Part shown: piece by piece, positions 60,133 to 64,000 of the stretch
Numbering within the stretch: position 1 is the stretch's first letter
How the letters are laid out: each line of letters begins with the position of its first letter
Assembly: GCA_051532035.1 (NCBI GenBank)
Contig: JAOPTW010000021.1
Span: 24,811 to 88,810, forward strand
Reading direction: 5' to 3'
DNA from: Fibrobacterales bacterium
GTDB taxonomy: Bacteria > Fibrobacterota > Fibrobacteria > Fibrobacterales > JAOPTW01
DNA: 64,000 nucleotides
Made by a program: the position numbers and the translations under genes
Notes under the pieces: model-generated
Database searches by the model: none
What the model saw: the letters and a program-made list of their open reading frames with translations, nothing else
Told to the model about the DNA's origin: nothing

Positions 60133-61869
60133 ATGATAAAATTAATTAAGTTCTTTACTTATCTCTTTTTGACGTTAATAGTATGTGCACTTGTTGGAAT
60201 GGGTGGCTATCAAGCTTTTGATCTCATTTTTTCTCGCACCATTAAACCTGAGTATGTTCCTTTTGGATTAGACATTGGAACAGAACTTGACGTTGGACGA
60301 AAATTTTCAGTGCCTAAAGAGTTACCAAAACTTGATCCTGCTGATCAAAAACTGTATAAGCAAGCTATTCAATATCATGAAATGAGAGGGGTAAAATCAT
60401 CAAAGAAAATATTTGATGGTCTAATAAAAAAATACCCAGAAGTATTTGCGATCTACTTCTACGCATCAAAAAATATTCTTTCATATCAAGAACTGACGAA
60501 GTCGTTACTCGATGATGTGCGGGTTTATATTCAACAAGCGAAAGCTTTGAATCCAGAACATCCTGCTCTCTATTTTATAACAGGGCAATATAATTTATTG
60601 ATGAATAATAATGATCAGGCTCTAAAGTCTTTTGAAAAGTCTATTGAATTGTCTCCCATTTTTGCACCATCCTATTATGAACTCGCACTTATTAATCTCC
60701 AGGGAAAAAAATATTCTTCGTCACTGGAGTATCTTAAATATTCAATCACTTTAGATACAGAGTCTTTGGAAAAACAGTATTCAATGCTTGCTCATATATA
60801 TCATAATACTGCTGATCTTGATACTTGTTTTAGAGTAGTTAATTATGCAATAGATCAATTCCCTTACAACACAAGTCTTCTCTATTTAAAAGGATTATTA
60901 CTTGAATATGATGGGGATGTTGATGAAGCGCGTGAGACTTACAATAAAATTTTAAAACTAGATCCTCAAAATAGTGAGGCTCAGAAAGCTATTACAACAC
61001 TTGGACAAAAAATTCCCCCTATTAAATCAAAACCAAGTGTCGAAGGAAGTTCTGTTAATAGTATCGCACTGTTAGATAGTTTGGTTAACGATAGGCCTAA
61101 AAATGGGTGGTTGCGCTATGCACTTGGAGTTGCGTATTTGAATAGTGGGAACAGTGATAAAGCAGAGATCGAGTTTGATAAAGCCCGTTTATATGAAGCC
61201 TCTCTTCAAACATTAAATTCAGAAGGAAAAACCTTTGAAGTTGCAAATGCGAAGAAAAAAGAAGTAGTAAAGCCCGTTATTAAAAAGAGTTCGAAAGAGT
61301 TAGCTTTAGAAAAACAAGTTAAAGAAATGATTTCTCAGTCTGAGAACAAAGTAATTGAAGTAAAAAAGAAAAAATCAGTTCTATCAGAAGGTAAGGTTGA
61401 GCTTGGTCATTTTCTTGTACCTTGGGGGGCTACTGAAAAAGAGTTCTTTAAACGGTATCCTATTTCTGACTTTAAGAAAATTAAGTACGGTATTTATAAA
61501 GAGACTTTTTATGTAGATGATATTTTACATGAACATGTTGTACGTTTTAACAAAAAGGGCTTCTGGGGTGTACATGTATATCTTACTGATACAACAAAAG
61601 CTTATATTGATCTTCTTGGTTCAACAATACGTGCCAATGCTCGTATATCGGGAAGTGGTACTCACCTTGGTGAGAAAAAATGTCCTGGATTCAAATCTTT
61701 TGAATCTTTTACCTGGAATAAAACTAAAGATAACTATGAGTTGATTACACAGTTTGCAGGTAAAAGTTGGCAGGTTCGTATGATGAGGATGTCTCCTGAT
61801 CAGTACAAACAAAAACCAATATCTATCTGTTCTGTTATACCTCGACTCGTTGAATTTAAGACGAGATAA
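60133..61869 (+). CDS. Membrane-anchored TPR-repeat protein
   Basis: N-terminal TM helix; TPR-like helices (AKALNPEH, KSIELSP, ILKLDPQN); unrecognised C-terminal domain. Confidence 0.75.
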   Translation: MIKLIKFFTYLFLTLIVCALVGMGGYQAFDLIFSRTIKPEYVPFGLDIGTELDVGRKFSVPKELPKLDPADQKLYKQAIQYHEMRGVKSSKKIFDGLIKKYPEVFAIYFYASKNILSYQELTKSLLDDVRVYIQQAKALNPEHPALYFITGQYNLLMNNNDQALKSFEKSIELSPIFAPSYYELALINLQGKKYSSSLEYLKYSITLDTESLEKQYSMLAHIYHNTADLDTCFRVVNYAIDQFPYNTSLLYLKGLLLEYDGDVDEARETYNKILKLDPQNSEAQKAITTLGQKIPPIKSKPSVEGSSVNSIALLDSLVNDRPKNGWLRYALGVAYLNSGNSDKAEIEFDKARLYEASLQTLNSEGKTFEVANAKKKEVVKPVIKKSSKELALEKQVKEMISQSENKVIEVKKKKSVLSEGKVELGHFLVPWGATEKEFFKRYPISDFKKIKYGIYKETFYVDDILHEHVVRFNKKGFWGVHVYLTDTTKAYIDLLGSTIRANARISGSGTHLGEKKCPGFKSFESFTWNKTKDNYELITQFAGKSWQVRMMRMSPDQYKQKPISICSVIPRLVEFKTR

Positions 61870-61873
61870 CAGT

Positions 61874-63832
61874 ATGAAATATGGAATAATTGATTCTTTT
61901 CAAGCAGGTGTTGCGATGCCTCTATTTTCACTGCGCTCAGAAGATGGGTGTGGTGTTGGTGAATTTAATGATCTATTACCATTTGCACAGTGGTGTAAGA
62001 AATGTAATTTAGACCTCATACAATTATTACCAGTCAATGATACAGGGGAAGAGTCTTCTCCCTATGGAGCAAAAAGTGCTTTTGCACTTAATCCTATTTT
62101 TATCCACCTTGACTCTCTTGAAGGTATTACAAAGTATTCAGCGCTACTCAAAAAGAAGAAAGCATATTTTAATAAAAGTGAGAGTGTTCTTTACTCTGAA
62201 CTGTATCGATTTAAAATTGATATATTAAAAAAGATATATAAGGATCAGTCTGCAAAAGTGACAGGGGATACTCAATTTCATAAATGGATAGAAAGTAATT
62301 CTTGGGTACGAACCTACTGTGCTTATTCAGTATTAAAAGAGAAAAATGATAAAAAATCATGGCAAGAGTGGGGAGATGAGAAAAACCCTACAATTAAAAT
62401 GATTGATTCACTCTGGGAAGAAGAGTGGGAAGAAGTGCTCTTTTATGCTTGGGTACAATTTATTGCAGAAGAACAATTTTTAAAAGTGGTGAAATCTCTC
62501 GATGCCATTGGTGTGAAAATTAAAGGCGATATTCCTATACTTATCAATGAAGATAGTGCTGATGTATGGGGAGCAAGAACGTTTTTTGATTTAAGTATGC
62601 GCGCCGGAGCCCCACCAGATATGTTTAGTTATACCGGTCAAAATTGGGGATTCCCCTGCTATAAATGGGAAACATTAGAGAAGGATGATTTCTCTTGGTG
62701 GAAGATGCGATTAGCGCAATCTGCAAAGTTTTTTCATGCAATTAGAATTGATCATGTACTGGGCTTTTTTAGAATTTGGCAAACACCAGAATCTGAGCAG
62801 AGTGGAATGCTTGGTGTATTTAATCCTTATAAACCAATCACTTTGGATACCCTTCAAGGAATGGGGTTTTCACAGCAAACCATTCGTTATTTGACTAAAC
62901 CGGTCTACTCTAAAGAGTATATATGTGACCTTATGGGAGAGTATTGTAGCGAAGCAATTTCACGTTACTTTTCTGAGATTGAACCAGGTGAATTTAAGTT
63001 ATCTGAAAACGTTGATAGCGAGAAAAAGATTAATACTTTAAATGAATCATCTGAAGTTAAGGATACACTCAGAACTATCTATTGGAATAGAGTTTTTATA
63101 TCTCACAAAGAAGGTGAGTACTACCCTTTTTGGTACTATTATGATGCCCCCATTTTTACAGGTCTTCCTAATCACGAACAGAAGGCACTGGGTGATCTCA
63201 TTAATCACAGTAATGGTATTCAAGAAGAAATCTGGGAACATTTTGGACGAAAACTTTTAGGTATGATGGCTCAAGAGACTGATATGCTGGTATGTGCAGA
63301 AGATCTTGGTGTTGTTCCGAACTGTGTTGGTAAAGTATTACAAGAACTTGGAATGTTGAGTTTAAAAATTGAACGATGGGCCCGTGATTATCATGCAGAT
63401 GGGGCACCATTTATAGATCCAAGTCATTATCCTCGCCTCTCTGTTTGTTCACCTTCGTGTCATGATTCTTCTACATTACGTGGATACTGGGAAGAAGAGT
63501 GGGACAGAGAAAATTATTATCCTCTTCTTAAGAGTGATGAAGAGTGTCCGGTTACCTTAACGAGTACACTCGCTCGCAAAATTATCGAACGAAATCTTAA
63601 TTCAAATTCACTTCTTACGGTTATACCTTTTCAGGATTATATGGCCCTTGATGGTGCTATGATTAAAGACGAAAATCCTCAGAATGAACGGATAAATGTT
63701 CCTGGTACTATGGATGATACCAACTGGACCTGGAGAATGGATAAGAGTATTGAGACATTGTTGAAGACTAATTCATACAATAAGCTATTAAAAGACGTTA
63801 TAGCGATTCGCAAACAAAAGGCCCTAGATTAA
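61874..63832 (+). CDS. malQ: 4-alpha-glucanotransferase (amylomaltase, GH77)
   Basis: QLLPVNDT, SSPY, KGDIPI, GAPPDMFS, GQNWGFP, RIDHVLGFFRIW, AEDLG, HDSSTLRG, RINVPGT; ATG at 61874 likely. Confidence 0.93.
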   Translation: MKYGIIDSFQAGVAMPLFSLRSEDGCGVGEFNDLLPFAQWCKKCNLDLIQLLPVNDTGEESSPYGAKSAFALNPIFIHLDSLEGITKYSALLKKKKAYFNKSESVLYSELYRFKIDILKKIYKDQSAKVTGDTQFHKWIESNSWVRTYCAYSVLKEKNDKKSWQEWGDEKNPTIKMIDSLWEEEWEEVLFYAWVQFIAEEQFLKVVKSLDAIGVKIKGDIPILINEDSADVWGARTFFDLSMRAGAPPDMFSYTGQNWGFPCYKWETLEKDDFSWWKMRLAQSAKFFHAIRIDHVLGFFRIWQTPESEQSGMLGVFNPYKPITLDTLQGMGFSQQTIRYLTKPVYSKEYICDLMGEYCSEAISRYFSEIEPGEFKLSENVDSEKKINTLNESSEVKDTLRTIYWNRVFISHKEGEYYPFWYYYDAPIFTGLPNHEQKALGDLINHSNGIQEEIWEHFGRKLLGMMAQETDMLVCAEDLGVVPNCVGKVLQELGMLSLKIERWARDYHADGAPFIDPSHYPRLSVCSPSCHDSSTLRGYWEEEWDRENYYPLLKSDEECPVTLTSTLARKIIERNLNSNSLLTVIPFQDYMALDGAMIKDENPQNERINVPGTMDDTNWTWRMDKSIETLLKTNSYNKLLKDVIAIRKQKALD

Positions 63833-63847
63833 ATTAGAGGGCTTTTT
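63816..63847 (+). terminator. Putative terminator overlapping the malQ stop
   Basis: AAAAGGCCCT...AGGGCTTTTT imperfect inverted repeat. Confidence 0.45.
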
Positions 63848-64000
63848 GTAATCCTGTAAAATTAAATTTTATTTTGTGAAATATTGTTAGTCAGGAATGT
63901 TAAATACAAGGCGAAAGCCGGTAAAGTCTTTTGACTCTAAAATTTTATTCGCAAGCCTTCGTTCAAATACTGTGCATGAACTACTTTTATTTTCACTCCA

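Noticed and set aside
496..63410. Numerous 60-160-aa ORFs overlapping larger genes
   Set aside because: Shadow ORFs on alternate frames or strands with no recognisable motifs.
63880..64000. TACAAGGC-containing stretch resembling the reverse complement of part of the 54420 element
   Set aside because: Only about 9 bp match, no terminal inverted repeats found, and the window ends.

Overview
AT-rich bacterial chromosomal window, most likely from a Fibrobacterota organism; this is inferred from two TIGR02147-family genes and six lipoproteins with FISUMP/Fib_succ_major-like domains. Left to right: the 3' part of a GH149 beta-1,3-glucan phosphorylase gene, then a ~55-kb surface-polysaccharide region. 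That region holds an SLBB export protein, gmd/fcl, Wzz, two Wzi-like proteins, glycosyltransferases, a Wzy-like polymerase, a PglK-like ABC flippase, CDP-tyvelose and dTDP-rhamnose pathways, manC and ugd. It is interrupted by an ~18-kb opposite-strand island in which two TIGR02147 genes are each translationally coupled to a lipoprotein gene. The second heads a tandem array of six lipoproteins with shared PKD-like stalk modules (absent in one), divergent C-terminal heads and visible recombination/gene-conversion mosaicism. The ~950-bp manC-ugd intergenic region looks like the chromosomal origin: clustered TGTTGA(T/A)A-type DnaA-box variants, tandem boxes followed by DnaA-trio-like repeats and an AT-rich tract, and a change in gene orientation and G/C strand bias, with no dnaA in the window. 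The right end has Mrp/ApbC, a short sigma-70 factor, a TPR protein and malQ. No rRNA, tRNA, CRISPR array, transposase or reverse transcriptase was seen. All assignments come from manual motif recognition, not database searches.
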